Source: Octopus sinensis (lineage: Eukaryota). From it: a DNA stretch of 64,000 bases. Below the pieces are notes generated by a model, which was not told where the DNA came from, searched no databases, and saw only the letters and a list, made by a program, of their open reading frames with translations. Location: positions 155,744,001 to 155,808,000 of the forward strand of contig NC_042997.1 in the NCBI RefSeq assembly GCF_006345805.1. Direction: 5' to 3'. A program made the position numbers and the translations under genes. Positions 23,681-35,296 of the stretch are shown in pieces; the stretch's first letter is position 1, and every line of letters starts with the position of its first letter.

Positions 23681-23879
23681 CGACTGAGGTGCTGAAAAGT
23701 TCCTGGTTTTGGGTAAAAGAAAATACATGATCAGTTTATGATTTTATTCAACATATTCCCCTTTCAGATTCACACATTGCAGCAGTCCTTCAGTTTTTCT
23801 AAGCCCTGTAAAAACAACTTGGAAGGTTTGGCCTCCTACCAGTCCTTTCACAATATCCTTAAAACCAGGAACTTTTCAG
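23681..23879. mobile_element. Mariner-type MITE
   Basis: Perfect 19-bp inverted repeat CTGAAAAGTTCCTGGTTTT (23692-23710) / AAAACCAGGAACTTTTCAG (23861-23879). The left end follows TA. Confidence 0.65.
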
Positions 23880-24172
23880 TATATATATATGTGTGTGTAT
23901 ATATTTATTGGGTCATAAGATTGGAACCTGGTGCAGCCTTTTGGCTCACCAACCCTCAGTCAAACCATCCAATCCATACCAGCATGGAAAGCGGACGTTA
24001 AACGACGACACTGATAATGATGATCCCATAAATAATACAGTTTTTCAATTGCGTGAATTAAAAGTCGGAGGTGGATGGGATAAACTACCTGCATCAACTT
24101 ATTATAAAAGTAGGTAGTAATTTTACCTTGTTACTATTCATATATTTATCTATCTGGTAGTCTACCAGTTAG

Positions 24173-24368
24173 ATCATCATCATCATCATCATCATTTAAC
24201 GTCCGCTTTCCATGCTAGCATGGGTTGGACGGTTCAACTGGGGTCTGGGGAGCCCGAAAGCTGCACCAGTCCAGTCAGATCTGGCAGTGTTTCTACAGCT
24301 GGATGCCCTTCCTAACGCCAACCACTCCGAGAGTGTAGTGGGTGATTTTATGTGCCACCGACACAGGT
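24173..24368 (-). mobile_element. Young RTE-tail SINE copy
   Basis: 173 bp identical in reverse complement to 62313-62485, plus a (CAT)n tail. Confidence 0.9.
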
Positions 24369-24602
24369 AAATATATGAATTCTGTAGACGTAATCAGAAC
24401 AGTACTGGAAGAGTATTTTTCGTCATGGACAAGTAAATTTTGAAAGAGGAGCCTTGCAAGTCTACCAGATAGATGGAAGAGCATTGTAGAAAATGGAGAG
24501 TATATTTTAGATTAAAAAAAAACTTTGTTTATCTTAACTTTGAAAAATATAAGAAGTATAAAAAAACTGCATTATTTATGGGATGACCTAAAATATATAT
24601 TC

Positions 24603-25770
24603 CAGGGAGAAAAACTAGAAGTAGTTGATAGCTTCCGTTACCTAGGTGACCAAGTCAGTAGCAGAGGTGGGTGCTCTGAAAGTGTAGCTGCTAGAATAAG
24701 AATAGCCTGGACAAAGTTCAGAGTGCTCCTACCTCTGCTGGTGACAAAGGGCCTCTCGCTCAGAGTAAAAGGTAGACTGTATGATGCATGCGTATGAACA
24801 GCCATACTACGTGGTAGTGAAACATGGGCCGTGACTGCTGAGGACATACGTAAGCTTGCAAGGAACAAAGCCCGTATGCTCCGCTGGATGGGTAATATCA
24901 GTGTGCATACTTGAGAGTGTAAGGGCCTTGAGAGAAAAGTTGGATGTGGTGTGCAAGAGAGATGACTGTGCTGGTATGGTCATGTGGTGGGAATGGATGA
25001 GGATAGCTGTGTGAAAAAGTGTCACACCCTAGCGGTTGAGGGAACCTGTGGAAGAGGTAGACCCAGGATGAACTTGTATGAAGTGGTGAACATTTGAACA
25101 TTAAGCCTCACTGAAGCAATGATTAGTGACTGAGACCTTTGGAAATATGCTGTGCTTGAGAAGACCTGGCAAGCCAAGTGAGACCGTAACTCATGGCCTA
25201 TGCCAGTGGTGTAACCAGCCCACTTATGCGTACCTTTCCTTCATTGGACACTAAACTCTGCTTGCGAAGACCTGTTGAGGCAAGTGAAATCGAAATTAAA
25301 TTTGATGACAGCACTGCATGACTGCATCTGTGCTAGTAGAACGCTGAGAGCACTATCCGAGCGTGATTGTTGCCATTACTGCTGACTGGCTTCCGTGCCG
25401 GTGGCATGTAAAAAGTACCATTCGAGCCTGATCATTACCAACGTCGCCTTACTGGCACTTGTGCTGGTGGCACGTGAAAAACAACATTTGAGTGAGGTTT
25501 TTGCCAGTGCCACTGGACTGGCTCTTGTGCAGGTGGAACGTAAAAAACACCATTTGAGTGTGGTCATTGCCAGTACCACCTGACTGGCCCTCGTGCCGAT
25601 GGCACATAAAAGCACCCACTACACTCTTAGAGTGGTTGGCTTTAAGAAGGGCATCCAGCTGTAGAAACTCTGCCAGATTAGATTGGAGCCTGGTGCAGCT
25701 ATCTGGCTTGGCAGTCCTCACTCAGACTGTCCAACCCATGGCAGCATGGAAAGCAGATGATGATGATGAT
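24603..25770 (+). mobile_element. RTE-clade LINE 3' fragment with long repeat-containing 3' UTR
   Basis: GEKLEVVDSFRYLGDQVSSRGGCSESVAARIRIAW...KGLSLRVKGRLYDACV, followed by ~65-bp subrepeats, the SINE-shared tail and (GAT)n. Confidence 0.88.
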
Positions 25771-26499
25771 GTGTATGTTTTTGTGTCTGTGTTTATCCCC
25801 CGTCACTGCTTGACAACCAGTGTTGGTGTGTTTACATCCCTGTAAGTTATCAGCTCTGCAAAAGAGACCAATAGACTAAGTACCAGGCTTAAAAAAAGTT
25901 CTGGGGTTGATTCAGTCAACTAAAAATCCATCAAGGTGGTGCCCCAGGAGGGCTGCAGTCTAATGACTGAAACAAATAAAAGATTAGATTCTATTAAGAA
26001 CATTTTCATAAATGAGTGTTGGATAGTGGGTCAGTAAGCCAGAGTGAAGTGCATGTGTGAGGAGAAGGACAATGATGCAGTTGGTGGGGGAGAGAAACAA
26101 AAAGAGTGGTGATGATATGTCATCTTCTGCTTGAAATTAGCCAATGATTCAACCAGTTACAACCAGAAATAATTGTCTGTCACAGCTCAAATTTGAAACT
26201 CATTGCGACTAACCTCGTAACCCAAATTTTCCTTCTACAAACCCAACATTCCAAGTCCCTCTGTTCATTCCACTTGTAATTGTATATCTGATCTTCTCTT
26301 CAGATATCTTAACAAGTGTTCTCACTTCTAGTCTTTTCCTTACCTTCTGACATTAATAATATTAACCATACCCTGAATCAATCTTTTCCAGTACTGTGTT
26401 AGTCCAATATCTCTATGACAAGTTGAATTGGCCAGCACCCTTCCTTAAATCTGTGGAATTCAAAATCAAGTCAAATTTAATTCAGATATGTCTCTTATA

Positions 26500-26635
26500 C
26501 AGAGGTAGGCAAAAGTAGGTATATAGTTGCTTAATATGAGTGGAATGCTTTTTTCAGTTCTCTCTTTTTTATGATAAGGATTCTATGATTCTATGTTCGT
26601 TTTAACTAAACTGTACCTACTTTTGGCCACCCCTA
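26500..26635. mobile_element. Tc1/mariner MITE
   Basis: TA-CAGAGGTAGGCAAAAGTAGGTAT... and ...GTACCTACTTTTGGCCACCCCTA-TA are imperfect TIRs with TA flanks. Confidence 0.7.
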
Positions 26636-27490
26636 TATTTTTATAGTGGAAATTGTAAAAAAGGAAACATGATCACACACAAAAGCAACCAAGAACCTAA
26701 AGTCAATTAAACAGCTGACTGCATGAAAATCACTGTCTTCATATGATTAACATAGTTGACACATATTACAGAACAACATTAGTGACTCCTGTTACTTAAT
26801 TTTTATTAGTTTCCCAATGTTTGTATTAGTGTACACTAGTCTCATGTCATAAATGAGGCTCAATTCCATTTTGTTCCTGATCTTCTTTTTCTACACATAA
26901 CATACTAAAAATGAAACTAGAATCATTTCATTTCCCAAAACTTATTTCAGTGATGCTGTATTTTTTACTAACACAGAGCTTTCAAATGTTCCCAGTAATT
27001 TAACCTTTTAACTGAAGTTGTTTTACTGGTGAACATTCTTTGCAACCCTTCAATTTCTTTTGTGAAGCTTGATGAATTTGGAGACAAAAGGTATGAGCAG
27101 TATTCTAATCTGCTCAGAACTAAGGTTTTTCCATGGAGTCAGCATAACTACTGGTTTTCTTATGAAGGTTTGTAGGATCCATCCTATGAGATTTAAAGGT
27201 CATCATGTGACATAATACTCCTAAGTCCTGTATGCCATTAGCAGTCCTCATTTGGGTTGTTTGATTTTTAAATATTCCTGAAATTTTTTGGTTTTTAATT
27301 TCAAGTTATACATTATTAAGTTTCAAAATATACATAGTGATTGATTAGGTTCGCCAGGGTTGTTTTTGACAGATGTAATACCATATTCAGTATATTTGTT
27401 GTCCAATTTTCTGACTTGGAAGCTTTAATTAGGGTTTAACACATATTGTCTTTAGTTGCAATCAGAACAAGTATAACTATTAACTGCACT

Positions 27491-28780
27491 CATTCATCAT
27501 CATCATCATTTAATATCCGTTTTCCATGCTTGACAGGAACTAACTGGTAAGGCCAGGGGCTGCTCCATGTTCCATAGTCTGTTTTGGCTTGGTTTCTATA
27601 GCTGGATGCCCTTCCTAATGCCAACCACTCCACAGAGTGTACTGGGTGCTTTTTATGTGGCACCATCACAGCCACATTTTTAAGTGGCACCAGCATCAAT
27701 GCTTTTTGTGTTGCACCTTGGTTTTAGGATCTCACTTCTGTTGTGGTGGGCAGGTCTCCTTAAGTACAGCAATGTACCATGTATCTCAGTCCTCTGTCAT
27801 CTCCTTCATCTGGTTCAGTGCTTTGAGATCAACCTTCAAAACTTTGTTCTATGTCTTCCTGGGTCTTTCTCTTCCACAACTTCTTTATGCAACTCACCTC
27901 ATCTATCTGCATCATATAACCAAATCAGTGCAGTTTCCTCTCTTGCATACTGCATATAATTCCTCTTATGCCCAATTCCCTCAATACACCAATGCTGTGT
28001 CGCATATACACACTGGTATCACACATCCAACAGAGCATACCAGCTTCGTTTCTCTCCAGCCTTTGCATGTCCTCCAGATTCAGAGCCCACACCTCACTAC
28101 CATGCAATATCACAGTTTGTACACCTGCATCATGCAATGTTCTCTTCACTCTGAGGGAGAGATCTTTGGTTGCCAACAGAGATAAAAGCTCTCTGAACTT
28201 TCTCCATCCTATTCTTATTTTAGCAATTACACTTTCTATACAACCTCCTCCACTGCTAATTACGTCACCTGGGCAGCAAAAATTATCTACAACTTCCAGG
28301 ACATTTAAGGAAATCAGTTTCCTGTGTATTTGTGGTCTTTATGGCTCCTGTACATCTTACACATATGAACACTACTTTCTCTGTTAATCTTCCAACTACC
28401 CCACTGCATGTCTTGTGTGTCCATAGCTTGCACTGGCTTCATTGAATGGAATTTCTGCTTACACCCTTCCTACATATTGAGTAGGGTCCTGTCCAATTTT
28501 TTGCTTACTAGGACCTTGGTCTTTAAGTTTACTTTAAGATCCTTAGATTCCAGGTTCTATTTCCACACCTGGAATTTCTTTTCTAATTTTGAAGGTAAGA
28601 TCATCAGCATATAGGAGTTCTCCTGGGCTTTCAGTCTTAAATTTCTGTTATGGCCTGGAGAATGATGATGAATAGGAAGGGGCTGAGAACTGATCCTTGG
28701 TGGACATTTACTTGTACACTAGATTCATCCGTGTACCCATGGCCAACTCTTACCTTACTAACAGCCCCCCCCCCCAATAC
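27491..28780 (-). mobile_element. RTE-clade LINE fragment (RT to 3' tail)
   Basis: Minus peptides VHQGSVLSPFLFII..., ELLYADDL and TKDLSLRVKRTLHDAGVQTVILHGSEVWA; (CAT)n tail at ~27495. Confidence 0.82.
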
Positions 28781-29589
28781 ATGGCCTGTACTGCTTTCAC
28801 AAGCCATTTGTCTATATGCAAAACAAAATAATGTAACCTATAAACGTGATTATACTCAATATGGAGATACTGATTCTCATTCTTATCTCAACTATTCTGT
28901 CTCTCATCCCTTGTATATGTATCTAATTTGGTACTCACTGCCCTTAATTTTTATGACTCAATCTTACTGGAAAGTAGGGACTCAAACTTCCACTTAAAAT
29001 TCAAAGAGATATATACCTTTTTCCTTTTGTCATTGGCAATGTGATTGCTGCACTTCTTGAGCCCAAGTTTTCAGCTGCATCACTGCACTCCCATCACACA
29101 CAAACACATTTGAAGATTGCTTCTTCTCTTTCACTGAGTTCCATTTGACCATCCTCTCATTCAAACATGCACTTCTCTGTAACTTTTGTTTTCTTCTCTC
29201 TGACTCTGCAGTCACCCTCATCTTTACTACACTATCTCTCCTTAAATGGAGGTAACCTTTTAATTAGAAAATCCCTAGCAACCCAGCCAGATACTTTCAA
29301 ATGCTCTTGTCAGAGAAACCACATGTCCTTTCTTCTCAAACACCACAACCATAACTGATCTAAAATCCATTGCCAAGCCATTTATTTGGATGTAACTGTA
29401 GATTTCATGCAGTTTTTGCAAAGGTATTACACAGGCAAAAGAAATGCTTTTAGAGGATCACTTACTTGAACATCTGCATATTTGCTAATTTACTTGGCAG
29501 GGAAAAACTCATTCAGTTTTTCTGGCCATTGCATAGTTTCCAAAGACCATAGATATAAAAGTTCTTACCTTTATGCTTGGTACCTTATG

Positions 29590-30820
29590 TAGGTGTCTGG
29601 TCAATTCATCGTTGTTTAGTTTGTCCCCAGTTAATTCATTTTTGGTCAGTTCATCCCCTGGTTAATTTGTTGTCAGTCAATTTGTTGCTGTATTACATAT
29701 TTATTTTTTCCTTAAATTTAAGATTGTGTGTGACAGCTTTTAGAAAAATAATTTTTTGGCTTGGATCGTATTTTCCATGACATTTTTTATATGCAGGTTC
29801 ATATCTCTGTATTTTTTTCTTCTTTTGGCTTAGTTCTTCTTGCATAAACTTCTGCAACTTGGTACTGGCAAACTTTTCCTCACATCTAATCACATCTATA
29901 AGTTTCCAAATATTTGGATGACTAATATTCACTGTGTTTTTCAGCACGCTGTGGTAGGCTTCTAAACTATTTGTAGTACGAGCAATCCCCGTCATACATT
30001 GATTCCAAACATTCCATATAGGTAATGGAAATGGTGGTTCAAGGCATTGTCTCCTCTGTCCTCTTCCTCTAGGTCAGTGGTTCCCAACCCTTTTATTTAA
30101 ATGAGTTTTCCCACGGACCCCTTTTAATATGTTTATCCTTATGTATGTGTATATATATGAAATTTTGAATTTAGTTCATGAACCTCTTGTACTACCTTTG
30201 TGAACTACCAGAGGTCTGTGGACCTCAGGTTAGGAACCACTGCTGTAGGTGCTTCTATATAATTATTTTCAAAATAGGATGTAATTGACTGTGGAATATC
30301 ATCATCATCTACAAGTTGTTCATATGCATCTACATCATCAACTGGCAGGAAGGCAAGGGCAAAAAAAAACCCACTGCATTTTTAGATTAAAACTGTCATC
30401 TTCGTGATATCTTCATTTTAGTCCTGCTTGTACACATTTTGTCCTAAATGAAACAAGCAGCACACCAAATTCGACCCAGGAAACAATGTTAGAAATCTGT
30501 TATGGGCTACTTTTTTGAAATCCATAATTGTCCTTGCACCCCTATGTATGCCTAAAGAAACCATTTTTGTAATGCCATCCAAATCCATTCCTGATATTTA
30601 CTCATCTCAATACTTTGAGCATATGTACTTATGTCTATTGACACAATTCCCACCTCTTACATCAATGGTTCATCCTTTCTCTGTTATTACAATGATACAC
30701 ACCCATTTTTTTTTCTTTGGTTTACTAAATTATAGTACTAGTCTCATGAGTTCTTTTTGACCAATTTTGCATAAGCTTTATTTCAATGACATTCCTGTAT
30801 CATTTGATTAATATTTGATT
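29590..30820 (-). mobile_element. Degenerate MULE (Mutator-like) transposase remnant
   Basis: Minus peptides W.LDG, FHLGQNVYK and RTTNSLEAYH...HPNIWKLI. Subterminal ggtcaattc.tc repeats at ~29598-29690. Confidence 0.7.
30075..30242. mobile_element. hAT/Charlie-type MITE inserted in the MULE
   Basis: TIRs CAGTGGTTCCCAACC / GGTTAGGAACCACTG; 8-bp TSD CTCTAGGT / CTGTAGGT (7/8 match). Confidence 0.8.
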
Positions 30821-30950
30821 TGGATTTGTTTCAGTTTAGAGATGGATGTATGAAATTTCATTGTTTCAGAACAACTATATTTCTGTTTAATTTTAAATTA
30901 AATTTGCTTTTAAATAACTTATACTCTATTTGTTTTTTATATTTCATTAG

Positions 30951-31056
30951 TACTGGTAAAGATGGCATTTGCAAAGAATACTACACATTGGACTGCATCC
31001 TTTTCCTTCTCAAAAATGTCCACTTGGCACATCCAATTTATGTCGGAGAAGCGGCG
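30951..31056 (+). CDS. CDC73: Parafibromin, coding exon 2
   Basis: [35 protein letters not shown]; 106 nt; ttag| and |gtaagt. Confidence 0.97.
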
Positions 31057-32541
31057 GTAAGTTAATATAGCAGTACTCTTAATATGTTCCTTTTAATTTT
31101 CCATAATCCCTGTTTTAATGTATTACTAAAATTATTTAAATACTATTTTCATTAGTTATACTTAGGTGAGGTATCCTATTTTTAAATTCTGCTGGAGTGC
31201 ATTAGGTAGTTTTTGTATGTAATTGTTAAAATTCCAGTAGGTTTATAAGCAAAATCTAGACAGCAGAATGTTGATGGTGTATGTGTATGGATGTGATAAT
31301 TACAATTAGGTTACTTATTTGTGGCCAGAAGAGCTGTGTCAAGTTAGTTTCATGTGTTCGTGTGAAACCAGCCCTTGCTCTACTCTAACAGACATTTTGA
31401 GCATCTCAGCATTTATCCCTCGTGGACCAGCTGCTTTCTCTGCTCTTCAACACAACATCCTGTCACATGTTGCATTCTTTAATCATCTCCTTTGTGAGGT
31501 TCAGCATCCTGAGATCAGCTTTCATCACTTTTACTCATATCTTTCTTTATCTTCCTCTTACACAACTCCCTTTTCTTGGCACTTTTTGTTTTTGCACCTA
31601 ACTGTCATCAGCCATGTACATTACATGTCTGTACTGGAATCATCTTCTCTCTTGCATGCAAGATATGATTCTGCTTATAACCGGTTTTTTTCTCAACTCA
31701 TCTGTACTGTGTTATATGTCATCATTTTACATCCATGTTGGCATGGGTTGAACAGATTGTCACAATTCCAAGTCATTCCTTATTTGGGGTTACTGCCCTT
31801 CATGTTGGAGGATCATGTCTCATACATTCTATTTTTGGCATGGTAGTTTCCATGGCTGGATACTTTCCCTAAAACCAATCACTTTAGAGTGTACTGGGTG
31901 CATTTTATCGTGGTACCAGCACTAGAGAAGTCATGTCCTCTGCAAGACTAAAAGGCTCTCTCACCTCTACATTATCTCCATTCATTTGCTAATCACTCTA
32001 CAGATTGGTGTTTTGTTAGGCATTGCCACTAGTGAGGTTGCTTTCTACCTTGAACACCCTCTTGTGCCTCATTCTTTTTGATGTTAGTGTGCCATCATCA
32101 CTCCATACAGACTTCTTCCCAACAATGTCTCAAATTTTCACTCATACATTGTCTTGCAGCTTGGAATGCTTTACATCTCTAACCCTGTCACAGCATTGGC
32201 AAACCTCTTACATTTTGCTTCTCACTTTGCTAAGAATTACCTATGTCCAATTTCTCTTCCTGCTACTTTATATTGTTCTTTCTTCTCTTTAGTCTTTTTA
32301 AACCTTTATGGCTGAGACTGATATATAATGTCATAATTTGGTGTAGTAATGGTATGTAGTAATGAGACATTAGGATACATACAGACATAAATGTTTTGCA
32401 TCCTCAGTATGCATTGTTTCCTATACTCATACATGAAATCTGATTTTTAAAAAAAATTTTAATTAAACAAAAAAATTTATTGTTTCCATAATGTTATGAT
32501 ATATACATATTTCTAAGCTTCATCTTTTTCTCTATCTATAG

Positions 32542-32674
32542 GCAGCAGATGTTACTGTTGTTCGCCGTCCTGATAGGAAAGACTTACTATCATTTCTTAA
32601 TGGTGAGATATCAACATCTAGTAGCATTGATAAAAGTGCACCATTGGAGATATCTATTCAAAGGCCTGTACAAG
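32542..32674 (+). CDS. CDC73: Parafibromin, coding exon 3
   Basis: [44 protein letters not shown]; 133 nt; atag| and |gtaagc. Confidence 0.97.
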
Positions 32675-33121
32675 GTAAGCTATGAAATGTGTTACTCTAA
32701 TACAGAATACTTACATAACACTATTATGTGAATTTGGATTGGATTGGATTGCACATGTTCAATCCACTGCAGCATGTTCTCTCTACCAACCATGGTCTGA
32801 TGTTGAGGCCATGAATTTGAACTTCAGATCATATTGGTTTGATGAGCCTACTCTGCCACACTGGCTTGATATGGCTCTGCAGAGGGGCCTTAGGTCAGCA
32901 GAAGTGCCATTGACAATGGATGATGCACGAGTGTGCTGCTGTGCACTAAACCCCCATCAACTTGTGAATTAATCTTAATAAATAAACAACGTACATTTAC
33001 TTTCATGTGTCCCTTTCAGAGCTAGCATTGTTTATAGATTTCTTTCTGAAATATTTTCTTTGGATGCCTCATTTAAATTTCCTTATTCATTTTATTGCAA
33101 TATATTATTTTGCTTCTTTAG

Positions 33122-33180
33122 TAAAACGAACAACAGATGATAATCAAGGAGATCAAGAAAAGAAGAAACCTCGACTCGAG
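33122..33180 (+). CDS. CDC73: Parafibromin, coding exon 4 (bipartite NLS)
   Basis: VKRTTDDNQGDQEKKKPRLE; 59 nt; ttag| and |gtaggt. Confidence 0.93.
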
Positions 33181-34442
33181 GTAGGTTTCGTTCAGGAAAT
33201 CAAATACTTAGTGTCACTAATTATGACTTTGATAATAATTTAGTATTTCTATCAATCTTCGTTTATGTTTGAAATTTATGTGGATTGTTAGAAGTGGAAA
33301 TTTTAAAACCGAATATTGACCACATGTTGCTGTGTAGTTTAAGTTCATTGCATTATCATGTATTAAATTTTTTTTATTGATCGGCATTATAAGTATATAG
33401 TATTTTTGTTTTCAGTTTGAGTTAGATTATAATAACTTTTTAAAAATTAGTCATGTTAGTCACAGAGGAAGGAGCAGTAACATGTTTTGTAGGCGTTCCA
33501 GACTCTTGAGAATACTGCACTTAATGTTTAGTCGAAACATTTATTGATCAACATCTGCTAGAAAAATAAGTGAGGGAGGAATTTTTGGTGGGTTGCAGTG
33601 TTTTGGATGAAACTTGAAGATTAACTGCATACTGCAATTGGGTATTCTGCTATATATTGTCTTGCAAACAACTTGCACATGCAAGTGCTACCAGTCAAAA
33701 GCTCCTTATACCGGAAGCCAGCAAGTGTATGGGGTTATCAGGAGAGAATGTGCGCCGTTTTGGGGCCTACCTCTCGACGGCATCAATGCGCACCGGCCCC
33801 CCCTTGCTGATATGATTTAGGAACAATCATTGAAAATATGTTGTTCTAAAAGCTTGTTGGCTGAAAGACATATTGGTCAAAAGATATATTTGTAGTAAAG
33901 CTTTTTCATAGAAAAACAAATTGGTTGGGAACATATTAGTGAAAGAAAAAGATGGCCTATTCGTTGAATTTTTAATGTTTTTCAAAGAAATAGCTAAAAA
34001 AATTATTAAAAGAAATAATGCTAATATTTCCAACTGTCATAATGTTTTGCAGTGTTAAAATAGACTTCAAAATAAATAAGAAATGTACGCAATCCAATGT
34101 CAGCTAAGGTATATTAAAACAAAAACTAAATTTTCTAATATACAAACAAGTAATGAAAGTATCATTCTGACCAACAAGGATTCAATTGGTCAAAACAACC
34201 AAGGAAATGAAATGATATTATATTTATATTATTTATTGAGCAAAGTAGGCTCCAAATGCTAGTTGCATTCTCTAGAGCCTAGAGTGGCTGATAAATACTA
34301 ACTAATCAGAAATAGACATGATGTGTAGAATCTAAGAAGCCATGTTTTTTTTTAGCTTTTTTAAAGGAGGATTTACTGAATTTAGCTCGTCAGTTATGAC
34401 ACCATCATAAAGAAAACAAACTGAATTTTGTTTACTTTTTAG

Positions 34443-34528
34443 GAAGAGCAAGTACAACAGGCTAAGAAAAACTGGATGAATAAGATCGATGCACCTCGTG
34501 AGACCTCCATGATACCTTCTAAAATTGC
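34443..34528 (+). CDS. CDC73: Parafibromin, coding exon 5
   Basis: EEQVQQAKKNWMNKIDAPRETSMIPSKIA; 86 nt; phases match the neighbouring exons; ttag| and |gtgagt. Confidence 0.88.
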
Positions 34529-35073
34529 GTGAGTATCATTTCATTTGACTTCTGAATTTAAGTGAGTAGTATTTAATAAGGGGAAGACTTTTGGTTGCCA
34601 TTGAAAAATATAGCATGAAAAGCTGACAGTTGAGAATGTGAAAAGTTTTGATGTATAGTGATGGCTGAATCATTCAAACTTCCGTTGTCATCACTAAAAA
34701 TCAAATTCTTGTGTATTGGCACTGAAGATGATAACTGTTGGGAAATTTGAAATACAAGAAAAGAATAACTAGAGATAAATGAAGAGAAAAAGCGAAAGGA
34801 CTGTAAGACATAGTTTATTAGTTTTTTTTTTTTTTTTCCCCACAATTTGACAAATATAATTTTCCATTTATTTTTGTGAGGACACCCAAAGCTGTAGCCC
34901 AGACACCTGACAGACAGTCAGGGATCACATGGCTGAAACAGTATGGTGTGATTTGAAGATTTCACTGCTATTTCTTGTAGGTCAGACAATGATAACAGTA
35001 TTTGATAAATAGAATTTTATTTCTATATATTATTTATAATTTGTCATTTTTTTCCCTTTTATTATTTTTGTAG

Positions 35074-35296
35074 ATCTTCATCTCTTCCGGAAGCTTTGCC
35101 AATGGAGAAGATTGCTGCTATCAAAGCAAAACGTTTGGCAAAAAAGAGAACTATGATTAAAGGTGACGATGACATTGCACCTGGTGCTGATGACCAACGA
35201 ACTTTTGTAGATGCTGAGGTCGATGTAACTCGAGTCATTGTCAGTCGGGAACGGTTATGGCGGACCAGAACAACTATATTACAGAGTTCTGGGAAG
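35074..35296 (+). CDS. CDC73: Parafibromin, coding exon 6
   Basis: ...[16 protein letters not shown]...[31 protein letters not shown]; 223 nt. Confidence 0.97.
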
